This document shows, in pieces, positions 18,408-27,182 of a stretch of 43,243 nucleotides of DNA. The translations under genes and the position numbers were made by a program. Under the pieces are notes generated by a model. The model worked only from the letters and a program-made list of their open reading frames with translations. It had not been told where the DNA came from and did not search any database. The stretch covers positions 1 to 43,243 of the IMG/VR virus record IMGVR_UViG_3300032243_001205; one strand, written 5' to 3'. This DNA is from a virus (Duplodnaviria > Caudoviricetes). The stretch's first letter is position 1; each line of letters begins with the position of its first letter.

Positions 18408-19399
18408 TAGCCTACGACAGACTCAGTCAAATTGTTCCCGCTGATCAAGCCTTGGCCGCCAAGGCTCTGGCCACTAGCCTGCAACAAATAGCCGGTATAA
18501 CCAACATGACCTTGCCGGTATTGGCCAACACAGTGTCCAAGATGCAGACTACAAATAATTTGCCTGCGATTTCAGCACTGACACAGGCAGTTCCGGCATC
18601 TGTAGCTGATTATCTTGCCAACATAGGTGGTACTAATGGAAAATCAGTGGTGGTATGTGATGTGTTGGGTATTGCCGCAGGATATCAAGTTACAGATGAT
18701 TTCGCCAATACAGTATCGACTCTAGCCAATACCAATGTGGCCTACTTGACCACAGTATATCAAAACATGAACAGCGTGGTCGGCGGTGTGTATGGTGACC
18801 CTGTTAATGGTCCTGTAACTATACCGGCGGGCCAACCAGCTGCCGGCACTTATACTTCTACCACAGATGGTATGGGTAATATTTTAGCATCAGCTGCTGA
18901 TTCAGCCATAACTGGCTCCGGTGGAGACACTCCACCAACTGGGCCTGGATTGATTCCTGTGGCACAGGTTGAAATAGCCAATATCTCTACCACAAGTACC
19001 GCACAGGTCGCAACACTCAACTCTTACTTTTCATCTATGGCCGCACAGGTTGTACAAGAACAAAGTTTGCAAACACAAGCACAGATAGATTTTGCTACCT
19101 TGCAGGCCAATGACAAATCGTCAATCTACAGTTTAGTTTACAATTTACCTAGTTATGGTCAACAGACCGAGTCGGGTGGTCTAGCACAGTTTTGGGAAGG
19201 TGTTGCTGATCTCACTACATTTACCGGCCAGGCCGTGGTAGCGACTCTGCGTGAAGGCATCAATCGTGCGGCATTGGCCAATGCTGGTGTACAGACCAAT
19301 AGTGTGGTTCCATCCTCACCCAATCCGCCAATTCCACCGGCCAACTTAATTCCATCTACATATTCATCCACACAGGCGGCCAACGCGGTAGTAAAATAA
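18404..19399 (+). CDS. Hypothetical, probably structural protein
   Basis: ATGA-coupled; same composition as preceding gene. Confidence 0.65.
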   Translation: MIAYDRLSQIVPADQALAAKALATSLQQIAGITNMTLPVLANTVSKMQTTNNLPAISALTQAVPASVADYLANIGGTNGKSVVVCDVLGIAAGYQVTDDFANTVSTLANTNVAYLTTVYQNMNSVVGGVYGDPVNGPVTIPAGQPAAGTYTSTTDGMGNILASAADSAITGSGGDTPPTGPGLIPVAQVEIANISTTSTAQVATLNSYFSSMAAQVVQEQSLQTQAQIDFATLQANDKSSIYSLVYNLPSYGQQTESGGLAQFWEGVADLTTFTGQAVVATLREGINRAALANAGVQTNSVVPSSPNPPIPPANLIPSTYSSTQAANAVVK

Positions 19400-19428
19400 C
19401 CGTTGTAAAAAAGCCACAAACCAAAAGG

Positions 19429-19457
19429 TTGACCCAAAATGTCTCTTTTGTTATACT
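19429..19457 (+). promoter_or_regulatory. Strong early sigma70 promoter TTGACC-17-(TGn)TATACT with A-rich UP region
   Basis: -35 19429-19434, -10 19452-19457, AAGGAG RBS downstream. Confidence 0.85.
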
Positions 19458-19487
19458 AGCATTATAGTGATAATAAAGGAGCAATAA

Positions 19488-19757
19488 ATGGGTTTTGAAT
19501 CAATTGTATTAAATCAAGTAGCTGATACTCTTAAGCAAGATGACCTGGCTGAATTTTACAACGGCACTTTGTTTGTAGGTAGCATTAACGAACGAGAGGC
19601 CCGCAAGGTTTTCCATGTGTTGTCTAAAAACTACGGTGTAGGCACAGTACAAGTAAGTCCCATTGGCAACACCGGCGAATATGCCTTTGATTTTGTTGCC
19701 CAAAAACAACAGTCTGAACCTGAAGATTTCAGCCCGTTTGCCACAGTAAACAGCTAG
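19488..19757 (+). CDS. Hypothetical early protein (89 aa)
   Basis: Strong promoter and RBS. Confidence 0.8.
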   Translation: MGFESIVLNQVADTLKQDDLAEFYNGTLFVGSINEREARKVFHVLSKNYGVGTVQVSPIGNTGEYAFDFVAQKQQSEPEDFSPFATVNS

Positions 19758-19758
19758 G

Positions 19759-19787
19759 TTGACTCCAAATACCCGATTTGTTATAAT
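19759..19787 (+). promoter_or_regulatory. Strong early sigma70 promoter TTGACT-17-(TGn)TATAAT
   Basis: -35 19759-19764, -10 19782-19787; near copy of promoter at 19429. Confidence 0.88.
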
Positions 19788-19816
19788 AGTTGTATAGTTA
19801 ATAATAAGGAGCGGAT

Positions 19817-20137
19817 ATGACACAGAACCATTTAGCCCAGTACACGGTAGAAGAATTGCAAGGTTACTTTTCTGACTTCCATAAAGACTTTTATGGTTTC
19901 CGCCCACGCACTCTTGGCAGTAGTGAAGACTGGAACAATCGTTCTTGGTTTGAAGCACAGATCAATCGTATCCACGACACCATGGACGCAATGAAAAAAA
20001 CCTACAGTGGTCGTGAAGAATTGCGTATCGCGGGTTGGATCATTGACGAAGACGAGTTTAACGACGTCGTTGACCCTGAAGAATATGCTCGTTGGTCTGC
20101 TGATGCCGATGCACAGGCCTATGGGGAGATGGCGTAA
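19817..20137 (+). CDS. Hypothetical early protein (SDFHKDFYGFRPR motif)
   Basis: Strong promoter and AAGGAG RBS. Confidence 0.8.
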   Translation: MTQNHLAQYTVEELQGYFSDFHKDFYGFRPRTLGSSEDWNNRSWFEAQINRIHDTMDAMKKTYSGREELRIAGWIIDEDEFNDVVDPEEYARWSADADAQAYGEMA

Positions 20138-20328
20138 TGGAAAAGAAAAATAAACAAGATATTATTGCATCTCTTCGTCAAGTCTTGACACGAGACCAGA
20201 TCATGACCTTTGTGGCAGGCCTACATCAAACTCAGCAAGAAATGCTCGAAGCCTTGGTCGCATCTAAAGAGCGTCAAGGCTTTCCAGAAGCAATGGCAGT
20301 GATCCGTCACGTCATGGAGAAAAAATGA
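20137..20328 (+). CDS. Hypothetical protein (63 aa)
   Basis: TAATG-coupled, GGAG RBS. Confidence 0.7.
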   Translation: MEKKNKQDIIASLRQVLTRDQIMTFVAGLHQTQQEMLEALVASKERQGFPEAMAVIRHVMEKK

Positions 20329-20405
20329 TTACTTTCATTACTGTGTTGTGCCTGCTCTATCTATTCGTAGATATCCCTGCATACGATCCTTGGAGTGACC
20401 GATGA
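20325..20405 (+). CDS. Tiny single-TM peptide (26 aa, not in ORF track)
   Basis: MITFITVLCLLYLFVDIPAYDPWSDR; ATGA overlaps at both ends; GGAG RBS. Confidence 0.55.
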   Translation: MITFITVLCLLYLFVDIPAYDPWSDR

Positions 20406-20563
20406 AATTGGGTTCTTTTCGTCATTGGTGTACCGAAAAATGGTATGAGCACAAAGATGAACTTGCGGCCTATGGCCAACCATTATGTTATGATTCTCGC
20501 CAGTATTTTGAACGATACAAATATTGGTTAAAACGTGAATACCGGCATCAACAAAATGATTAA
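20402..20563 (+). CDS. Hypothetical aromatic-rich protein (53 aa, not in ORF track)
   Basis: MKLGSFRHWCTEKWYEHKDE...YKYWLKREY; GGAG RBS; coupled both sides. Confidence 0.7.
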   Translation: MKLGSFRHWCTEKWYEHKDELAAYGQPLCYDSRQYFERYKYWLKREYRHQQND

Positions 20564-20825
20564 GTATCTGATTCCTGCTATGGTAATTGCTCTTGTTGGT
20601 TGCGCTGGCCAACCAGAAAAATCCTACTACCCAGCCGACATGAAAAACTTTGTGACTGATTGTAGTCGAGCACGAGCTCAAGTTGACTTTCTAACTCAAC
20701 AAATTGATGAGTATCTTGAGTATCACCGTACTCGCCCACCAACATTAGAAGACCGTAGATATTATGAAAAATTAAAAAACAGTCTTTGGTCATTGAGATC
20801 GTCATGTTCCGTACTACAGCGTTAA
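20556..20825 (+). CDS. Putative lipoprotein
   Basis: MIKYLIPAMVIALVG-C lipobox. Confidence 0.7.
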   Translation: MIKYLIPAMVIALVGCAGQPEKSYYPADMKNFVTDCSRARAQVDFLTQQIDEYLEYHRTRPPTLEDRRYYEKLKNSLWSLRSSCSVLQR

Positions 20826-21370
20826 TCTTGGCCTTGGGTCTTCCAGCGACAGCATACAGTGAATGTTATGTTAGAGCCGCTGTGACCAATCAAACAGCCA
20901 TGACCATTACTGCCATAGCCGATGTTGAACCCATGGTAGTTCCTGTATCTCCTACACAAAACAAGTGCATAGTAAATTTTAGGGCACAGGTCAACGGTCG
21001 TTGGATTACCGCCGAAGGTGAACGTACAGGTCCAAAGTCCATGACGGAACGAGAGTTATGTGCCGGTGCTGTTGATTCTGGACGCATACAAATCTTAAGT
21101 CGTGCTGATGGTGGACGTATGACGGTAGAACAAAATATGGTCTGTAACGATCAACCTGAAATAAAGGTGCGAGTAGTTCAACGTGGTGAGAAGGTTCGCG
21201 AAAGCGAAGTTCGCCCACACCCAAACTTTCCTAGACCGTTTACCTATAGAACAGCTCAATGTCGTTGGTTTATAGAACCTGAAGTACATCCTGGTCGTGA
21301 CCTACTACAGCGCCAGGGTATTATTTGTCAGGTAAATGGTAACGAGTGGCAAGTGGTTGACAAATGGTAA
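20804..21370 (+). CDS. Putative secreted Cys-containing protein
   Basis: MFRTTALILALGLPATAYS signal peptide; six Cys in mature part. Confidence 0.7.
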   Translation: MFRTTALILALGLPATAYSECYVRAAVTNQTAMTITAIADVEPMVVPVSPTQNKCIVNFRAQVNGRWITAEGERTGPKSMTERELCAGAVDSGRIQILSRADGGRMTVEQNMVCNDQPEIKVRVVQRGEKVRESEVRPHPNFPRPFTYRTAQCRWFIEPEVHPGRDLLQRQGIICQVNGNEWQVVDKW

Positions 21371-21385
21371 GGATTGTAGTAATAT
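21357..21385 (+). promoter_or_regulatory. Sigma70-type promoter TTGACA-17-TAATAT
   Basis: -35 21357-21362, -10 21380-21385, upstream of ATG 21420. Confidence 0.55.
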
Positions 21386-21419
21386 GTTGTTATTGAAACT
21401 GAACCCCAAGGGGATTGAA

Positions 21420-22151
21420 ATGAAAAAAATAGTAATCGCAACAGCAGTGACAGGCATTTTGACAGCATGTGGTAGCACTGGTACTAATTACAGTGCTGTG
21501 TATTCTGGACAAAACAGTATGCAGACCGCACAGATGAGCTCGGCCATTGAACAGGCTCCGACGTGGATGAGCAAGTTGCCCAAGGCCGCTGGTTACATCT
21601 TTGAAAACGGTACAGCCACCAGCAGTGATTTTGGTTTTGCTGATATCAAGGCCAAGACCATTGCCTATGCCAAGATTTGCACAGCCGCAGGTGGCAAGAT
21701 CCGTCAACAGACCAAGATTTTCCGCTCTGACACCGGTGATACCAGTGTAGATCAAAGTGAAATGGCCATCCGTAGTATGTGTGCTGACGTGGACATCACA
21801 GGTGTAGAAACTGTGGAAATGAAACATGTTAGTGAAGGTAATCGCATCCGTACCTATGTGTTGGTCACACTACCACTTGGTGACAAGAATGTGTTGAAGT
21901 CTACCCGAGATGCACAAGCTCGTGCTCCAGAAGCATTTAAAGAATTAGATGAAGTTACTTCAGGCAAGAAACCTGCGGAAGTCGCTCCGGTCGCTCCACA
22001 ACGAGGCAACGAGGTTAGTGTGGCTCAACCAGATGGTACCACGAGTACACTAACCTTGATGCCGGTAGAAAACGAAGAATATCGTGCTCGTCGTGCCGAG
22101 GCGTTGAAAAAACCCGGAGCCGTTATCGGACAAGTTTCAATCGCCAACTAA
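21420..22151 (+). CDS. Putative lipoprotein (LPP20-like)
   Basis: MKKIVIATAVTGILTA-C lipobox; APTWM...G.ATSSD...A..KA pattern. Confidence 0.7.
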   Translation: MKKIVIATAVTGILTACGSTGTNYSAVYSGQNSMQTAQMSSAIEQAPTWMSKLPKAAGYIFENGTATSSDFGFADIKAKTIAYAKICTAAGGKIRQQTKIFRSDTGDTSVDQSEMAIRSMCADVDITGVETVEMKHVSEGNRIRTYVLVTLPLGDKNVLKSTRDAQARAPEAFKELDEVTSGKKPAEVAPVAPQRGNEVSVAQPDGTTSTLTLMPVENEEYRARRAEALKKPGAVIGQVSIAN

Positions 22152-22163
22152 CTGAGTAAATAA

Positions 22164-23543
22164 ATGGACACCTTAGACTTCACCGGTGATCAATTTAATG
22201 AGATCAAAGTGGCCGCAGACTGGATACGTGACCTAGAGAGTAGCGACAGTCGGTTACACAAAGAATCTGTCATTGAGAAGGCCCTAATGGCTTCAAAGTT
22301 AGGGTCCTCGAATGCTCAATGTTTCTTGTTTAACTGTTATCAGGCCTACAACCCCTATTATGTGTTTGGTGTAAAGAAAGTTCCTGAGACCAAAGGCTTA
22401 ACTCATCAACCAAATCCTTGGCCCAAGTTCTGGGCCATGCTGGAAGGTTTACGTCTTAGAACACTCACAGGTCATAATGCCAAGACTGCTATCGAGTTCA
22501 TGTCAGAACAGTTTGATAGCGACGAGTGGAATGGCTTATGTCGTAGAGTCATCATCAAAGACCTGCGCTGTGGCATCAGTGAAAAGACTCTAAACAAGGT
22601 TTTGGGCAATACCGAATGGAAGATTCCTACATTTACATGTCAGTTGGCCACAGACTCGGAAAAGCATACAGCCAAGATGACAGGCCTAAAACGCATTGAA
22701 CAGAAGTTAGATGGTGTGCGTGTGCTGGCAGTTGTAACCAAGACCACGGTCAATCTATATTCACGCAACGGCAAACCGTTTGATAACTTTCCTCATATTG
22801 TGGAGTCATTAGAAGATATCAAAAATAAGTTTGCCAAACTATTCCAGTCCTGCCCACATGGATTTGTGTTGGACGGTGAGATCATTGGCGAAAGTTTTCA
22901 AGCCTTGATGAAGCAGGCACAACGTAAAACGGATGTTGAAACAGCAGGAATGACTTATAGTGTGTTTGATTGGCTTCCATTAGCCGACTTTGAGCGTGGA
23001 TTTTGGAATGCCCAACAACATAAACGCTTCCACGTCTTAGAAGAATACCGTTCGGTATTTGAATCAACTGACTGTGTTCGTGTAATGGTCGGAATTGATG
23101 TTGACCTAGACACAGCCGAAGGACATGACATCATGCGTCGTTATGCTGAAGATGCAGTGGCCTTAGGTTTTGAAGGCATCATGATCAAGGACCTAGGTGC
23201 GCCATACGAGTGTCGTCGTAGCACCTTTTGGATGAAATGGAAACCTACCATTACTGTAGATCTCAATATCGTGGGTTTTGAAGAAGGCACTGGTCGCAAT
23301 GAGGGCCGCTTGGGTGCTATAATTTGTGAAGGAGATGACAATGGTCGTCGTATTAATGTTAATGTGGGCAGTGGCCTTTCCGATGCTGATCGTGATGAAT
23401 ATTGGAGTGCCCGAGATCAGTTACTTGGCGATGTGGTTGAGGTCGAAGCAGACGCAGTGACACAGAACCAAGACGGAACTTACAGTTTACGGTTTCCTAG
23501 ATTTGTTCGTTTCCGTGGATTTGAACCTGGAGAAAAATTATGA
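22164..23543 (+). CDS. ATP-dependent DNA ligase
   Basis: EQKLDGVR, VLDGEI, FEGIMIK, WMKWKP, SLRFPRF. Confidence 0.96.
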   Translation: MDTLDFTGDQFNEIKVAADWIRDLESSDSRLHKESVIEKALMASKLGSSNAQCFLFNCYQAYNPYYVFGVKKVPETKGLTHQPNPWPKFWAMLEGLRLRTLTGHNAKTAIEFMSEQFDSDEWNGLCRRVIIKDLRCGISEKTLNKVLGNTEWKIPTFTCQLATDSEKHTAKMTGLKRIEQKLDGVRVLAVVTKTTVNLYSRNGKPFDNFPHIVESLEDIKNKFAKLFQSCPHGFVLDGEIIGESFQALMKQAQRKTDVETAGMTYSVFDWLPLADFERGFWNAQQHKRFHVLEEYRSVFESTDCVRVMVGIDVDLDTAEGHDIMRRYAEDAVALGFEGIMIKDLGAPYECRRSTFWMKWKPTITVDLNIVGFEEGTGRNEGRLGAIICEGDDNGRRINVNVGSGLSDADRDEYWSARDQLLGDVVEVEADAVTQNQDGTYSLRFPRFVRFRGFEPGEKL

Positions 23544-23656
23544 TTGAATGGTTTATGGCGCAGACTTGGTTGATCGAAGGCTTAGTCACGATGGTGGCGG
23601 CTGCGATGGTGGCGACCATTGTGTATTTCTGGGTAGAACATTTTAGAGGCGAATGA
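23540..23656 (+). CDS. Small single-TM protein (38 aa, not in ORF track)
   Basis: MIEWFMAQTWLIEGLVTMVAAAMVATIVYFWVEHFRGE; ATGA overlaps both ends. Confidence 0.6.
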   Translation: MIEWFMAQTWLIEGLVTMVAAAMVATIVYFWVEHFRGE

Positions 23657-23883
23657 TGGTTGCATTCGCCAAACACACGCACAGCCCAGATCCGGTATTG
23701 ACCGTAAACGCACCCGGCGAGAAAAATGCGGTCACATTCTTTTCCAGTGGTGTAGAAGTCCTAAAGTGCAGCGACACGGGGTTTTGGGTCCGTGGAAAGA
23801 AGGTCAAACAGAGTGACCGAGAAGCAGAACAAGTGTATAATAGTTTCAAAGAATGGTTAACTTGGCAACAAATTAGCAGATAG
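23653..23883 (+). CDS. Hypothetical protein (76 aa)
   Basis: Coupled ORF with GAGG RBS. Confidence 0.7.
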   Translation: MMVAFAKHTHSPDPVLTVNAPGEKNAVTFFSSGVEVLKCSDTGFWVRGKKVKQSDREAEQVYNSFKEWLTWQQISR

Positions 23884-23891
23884 AGGACACA

Positions 23892-25076
23892 ATGGCAACA
23901 CAAGAAGAACAGCAACAACTTATTGACACCCTAAAATTCACACCACGCACCTACAAGATCAGCATGTGGGGCTACGGTGGCGAACGAGTCATGGGCACAG
24001 TGGATCCTAAGGTTTGGGATTACTGTATGGAGAACCAAGTAGACCTGAGTGATATTGCGTGGAACAGTGACGCTTGTGAAGAAATAGGTCTTGACCCAGA
24101 TATGTTGCCGTTTCCTCCTGGATCCTGGTACGAGTGTGACGACATGGCTCATACCAATGGTGTTAGCCGTGATGCAGGCACCTTACAAATTGAAGATGAA
24201 AACGGTGAATCCGTATTTGAAAAATCTCTAGATGATATCGATGGATGCAGTGATGACAGCCCAGAGTGGTCCTGCATAGATGAATCCTTTATAGGATCAC
24301 GTGCCAAAGGCGAAGTTGTGTTTATTGGTTCGAGCAATGAAAAAGGCACCTTCTTTGAAGCAGACTTAGAACTTCGTGCGCCATTTGACATTACTAAGCT
24401 AACTCTAAACTACGAAGAAGTTGACGGAGAAGAAATTGTCAGCGGTGTTACCTACGATGGTGAAGACATTGACAACTGGGGCGGCAGTACTGACGGTAAG
24501 AGCAGTGATTTTACTATGGTCCGAATCACGGACGATGAGGGCAACTGGGAACGCTACGAACCTGAAGAAAAAGACTGGGGACATCCCGAGTATGGCACAA
24601 GTCCAAGCACCTGGGAGAAGTCGTCTGACTTCAAATTCAAAAAACAAAAACCCACAATTCCGGGTTACTACAGTGTAAACTATGGATATGGTTCAACCTA
24701 CGGCTCGTTATACTGGGACGGTTCTAACTTTGGTGATTGGGAATACGGCAAGTTCCATGCCAAAGACAACGACAGCATAGTCACTTGGTCAGGTTATAAC
24801 TGGGACACAAGTTCGTGGGTCAATCAACCGCCAGAACCACCAAATCTCGTTTGCTCTGATAAGAAATGCGGTTGGGTTGGCCTGAGCGAAGATCGCCGCA
24901 CAGACGACAACTATGACGATCACTGCCCTGACTGTGATGGCACAGACTTTGATTGGATTGACTATGATCCAGATACCAAGGAAGGTCGTGCTAATCGTGA
25001 GAAATATTGTCGACCATGGGATCCGGTCGTGGCATTAGAGAGAATTCCAGTTCCAACATTAGAGGAGAATGCGTAA
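23892..25076 (+). CDS. Acidic hypothetical protein with C-terminal Cys4 zinc-ribbon-like motif
   Basis: 394 aa Asp/Glu/Trp-rich; CSDKKCGW...HCPDC; GAGG RBS. Confidence 0.8.
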   Translation: MATQEEQQQLIDTLKFTPRTYKISMWGYGGERVMGTVDPKVWDYCMENQVDLSDIAWNSDACEEIGLDPDMLPFPPGSWYECDDMAHTNGVSRDAGTLQIEDENGESVFEKSLDDIDGCSDDSPEWSCIDESFIGSRAKGEVVFIGSSNEKGTFFEADLELRAPFDITKLTLNYEEVDGEEIVSGVTYDGEDIDNWGGSTDGKSSDFTMVRITDDEGNWERYEPEEKDWGHPEYGTSPSTWEKSSDFKFKKQKPTIPGYYSVNYGYGSTYGSLYWDGSNFGDWEYGKFHAKDNDSIVTWSGYNWDTSSWVNQPPEPPNLVCSDKKCGWVGLSEDRRTDDNYDDHCPDCDGTDFDWIDYDPDTKEGRANREKYCRPWDPVVALERIPVPTLEENA

Positions 25077-25459
25077 TGGCCAATTGGGTATTGACAACCG
25101 TTGAAAAGAAAAGCGTTGAAGAGATTGAATTTTGGTTTAAGGATGGCCAAACAATCAAACGCATCACTGGGTTCCGCTGGGGCAAAGTAACTTGCGAAAG
25201 CGATGAACGTCCAGATATTGACCTAGACAATCCCGAAGGCATCAGTGTATTTGACTGTGGCTACGACTTTGAGCTCGATAGCTTAGACGACGGCTGGTAT
25301 ACTGATGTTGAATATCCAGATGACATGGATGATGAAGAATCAGAACGCCTAGATGAACTGTGGGATGAAGATGATCGTGACGGTTGGGAAGCCGAAGGTT
25401 GGAGCAACGACGACTCTGAAACTTGGTTCCATGGTCCATTAAGTTTGGAACAAGAGTAA
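25076..25459 (+). CDS. Very acidic hypothetical protein (127 aa)
   Basis: Start ATG 25076 (TAATG overlap, GAGGAG RBS). Confidence 0.8.
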   Translation: MANWVLTTVEKKSVEEIEFWFKDGQTIKRITGFRWGKVTCESDERPDIDLDNPEGISVFDCGYDFELDSLDDGWYTDVEYPDDMDDEESERLDELWDEDDRDGWEAEGWSNDDSETWFHGPLSLEQE

Positions 25460-25480
25460 TAGCTTATTAAGGAGAAACGT

Positions 25481-26155
25481 ATGAATCAAGCAGTCTATCG
25501 TGCGGCAGATGCCGTTAACTCAGCCATGTTGCGTGTTTATAACCACATGGCCTTGGCCATTGCAACTTCGGGCATTGTGAGCCTATTGGTCAGTTCAAGT
25601 CCGGCACTCATGCAGTTCTTGTTTACTGGCGTCATGCAGTGGATCGTGATTTTTGCTCCCTTAGCCTTTGTGCTATTCCTAGGATTCAAGATCCGTGACA
25701 TGAGTGTGGGCACAGCCAGACTGATGTTATACCTATTTGCGGCTGTGATGGGCTTGAGCTTTAGCACTATCTTTGTTGTTTATAACCTAGGATCTATCGT
25801 GAGTGCGTTCATGGGTGCGGCCATCCTGTTTGTGACCATGAGCGGCTATGGATACTTTACTCGTCGCAGTCTTGAAAGTGTAGGACAGTTCATGTTCATT
25901 GGCCTGATTGCTATTGTAATCGCATCCATCGTCAATATCTTTATTGGAAGTAGTGTGGCAACCATGGTCATATCGGCCTTGGCCGTCATCATCTTCTTGG
26001 GCCTAACTGCCTACGATACACAACAGATCCGCCAAATGGTATCAGTAGTTGAGCCAGATAGCAATGCTGAAATTGTCGGCGCCTTGACCTTATACATGGA
26101 CTTTATCAACTTGTTTTTGAACTTGCTACAGTTGTTTGGCGGCCGTAAGGATTGA
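25481..26155 (+). CDS. Bax inhibitor-1/YccA family membrane protein
   Basis: RVYNHM, about 7 TM helices, LTAYDTQ, GALTLYMDFINLFLNLL. Confidence 0.93.
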   Translation: MNQAVYRAADAVNSAMLRVYNHMALAIATSGIVSLLVSSSPALMQFLFTGVMQWIVIFAPLAFVLFLGFKIRDMSVGTARLMLYLFAAVMGLSFSTIFVVYNLGSIVSAFMGAAILFVTMSGYGYFTRRSLESVGQFMFIGLIAIVIASIVNIFIGSSVATMVISALAVIIFLGLTAYDTQQIRQMVSVVEPDSNAEIVGALTLYMDFINLFLNLLQLFGGRKD

Positions 26156-26159
26156 TACT

Positions 26160-26477
26160 ATGAAAACCCTAGACGAAGCGTTTGACCTTATTGAAGCATT
26201 GAACGAAGAAGCACACGGCATGGCCTGGGATACCTGGATCGAGGCCGACGAGTTAGAGGACTCCGACAACGAGGACGATTGGGACAAGGCCGAAGGCAAG
26301 CGTGAAGAAGCCAGTGATGAACAAGCCGGCTATTTCCGTGACGAATTTGACGCCCTAGAAGATGAAGATCGCGAGGCTGTTCACCATTGGTTAGACAAGG
26401 ACGAATCATTTAGAGAACAGTTCCGTGACTGGTATGGGCGTGATGAATTTGACGACGAATATGGAGTGGCGGTATAA
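26160..26477 (+). CDS. Extremely acidic small helical protein (105 aa)
   Basis: Start ATG 26160 after AAGGA; about 40 Asp/Glu by manual count. Confidence 0.8.
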   Translation: MKTLDEAFDLIEALNEEAHGMAWDTWIEADELEDSDNEDDWDKAEGKREEASDEQAGYFRDEFDALEDEDREAVHHWLDKDESFREQFRDWYGRDEFDDEYGVAV

Positions 26478-26674
26478 TGGGTTGGTTTATTCTGGGTCTC
26501 GTGTTGGGATATGCTATGGGTCAGGGCCGAAAGTCTGACAATATTCCCAAAGATATGGAAACCTGTGACTCAGAAAGGTCGCGGCTCCATGCGGATATAG
26601 TGTATTATAAACGACTTACTAAGAACTTGGTAGATGAAAACAAACAACTAAGGAAACAAATAAATGATGCCTAG
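26477..26674 (+). CDS. Small membrane-anchored coiled-coil protein
   Basis: N-terminal hydrophobic stretch; TAATG-coupled. Confidence 0.65.
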   Translation: MGWFILGLVLGYAMGQGRKSDNIPKDMETCDSERSRLHADIVYYKRLTKNLVDENKQLRKQINDA

Positions 26675-26858
26675 ACCAGAAGTAGCAGGACAGTGTGGAT
26701 GTGGTCGTAGCCCCACAGGTCGTTGTTGTGGCTGGCATGCTCTTACCGAAGATCAATATCGTGCCAAGAAGGATGAATACGACCTGGCACAATACAGAGA
26801 ACAGGCCGAAGAACTTTGGTTCTCGGGTGGCTCATGCACCGGAGGCCGTCCTGAGTGA
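26664..26858 (+). CDS. CDGSH-like iron-sulfur/metal-binding small protein
   Basis: CGCGRSPTGRCCGWH matches C-x-C-x2-S-x4-C-x-G-x-H spacing approximately. Confidence 0.6.
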   Translation: MMPRPEVAGQCGCGRSPTGRCCGWHALTEDQYRAKKDEYDLAQYREQAEELWFSGGSCTGGRPE

Positions 26859-26957
26859 TTTAGATATCCAAATTGCCATCATTCTGGCAATATATTTTGC
26901 ACTAAACTTAGGGATACTCTGGCTGGTGCATACGCTTACTAAAAAATACAACGACAA

Positions 26958-27182
26958 ATGAATCCTATCAAATTATTAGCCGACGGTATCGATAGTCTTT
27001 GGTTATGGACCTATGGCATTATTGCTGGTTGGGGAGTAACCTTCACGGTGATTGTAGTGGCCATAGTACTGTTACTGATCCGCACAATCAATCTGCAACG
27101 CAGAGTAGATAAGTTAGAACAACGTCTTGTTCATGCCGAACGCGATTATAATCTCACGGTGGACAATTGGAAGAACAAATAA
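26958..27182 (+). CDS. Small membrane protein with coiled coil
   Basis: Hydrophobic core then LQRRVDKLEQRL. Confidence 0.7.
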   Translation: MNPIKLLADGIDSLWLWTYGIIAGWGVTFTVIVVAIVLLLIRTINLQRRVDKLEQRLVHAERDYNLTVDNWKNK

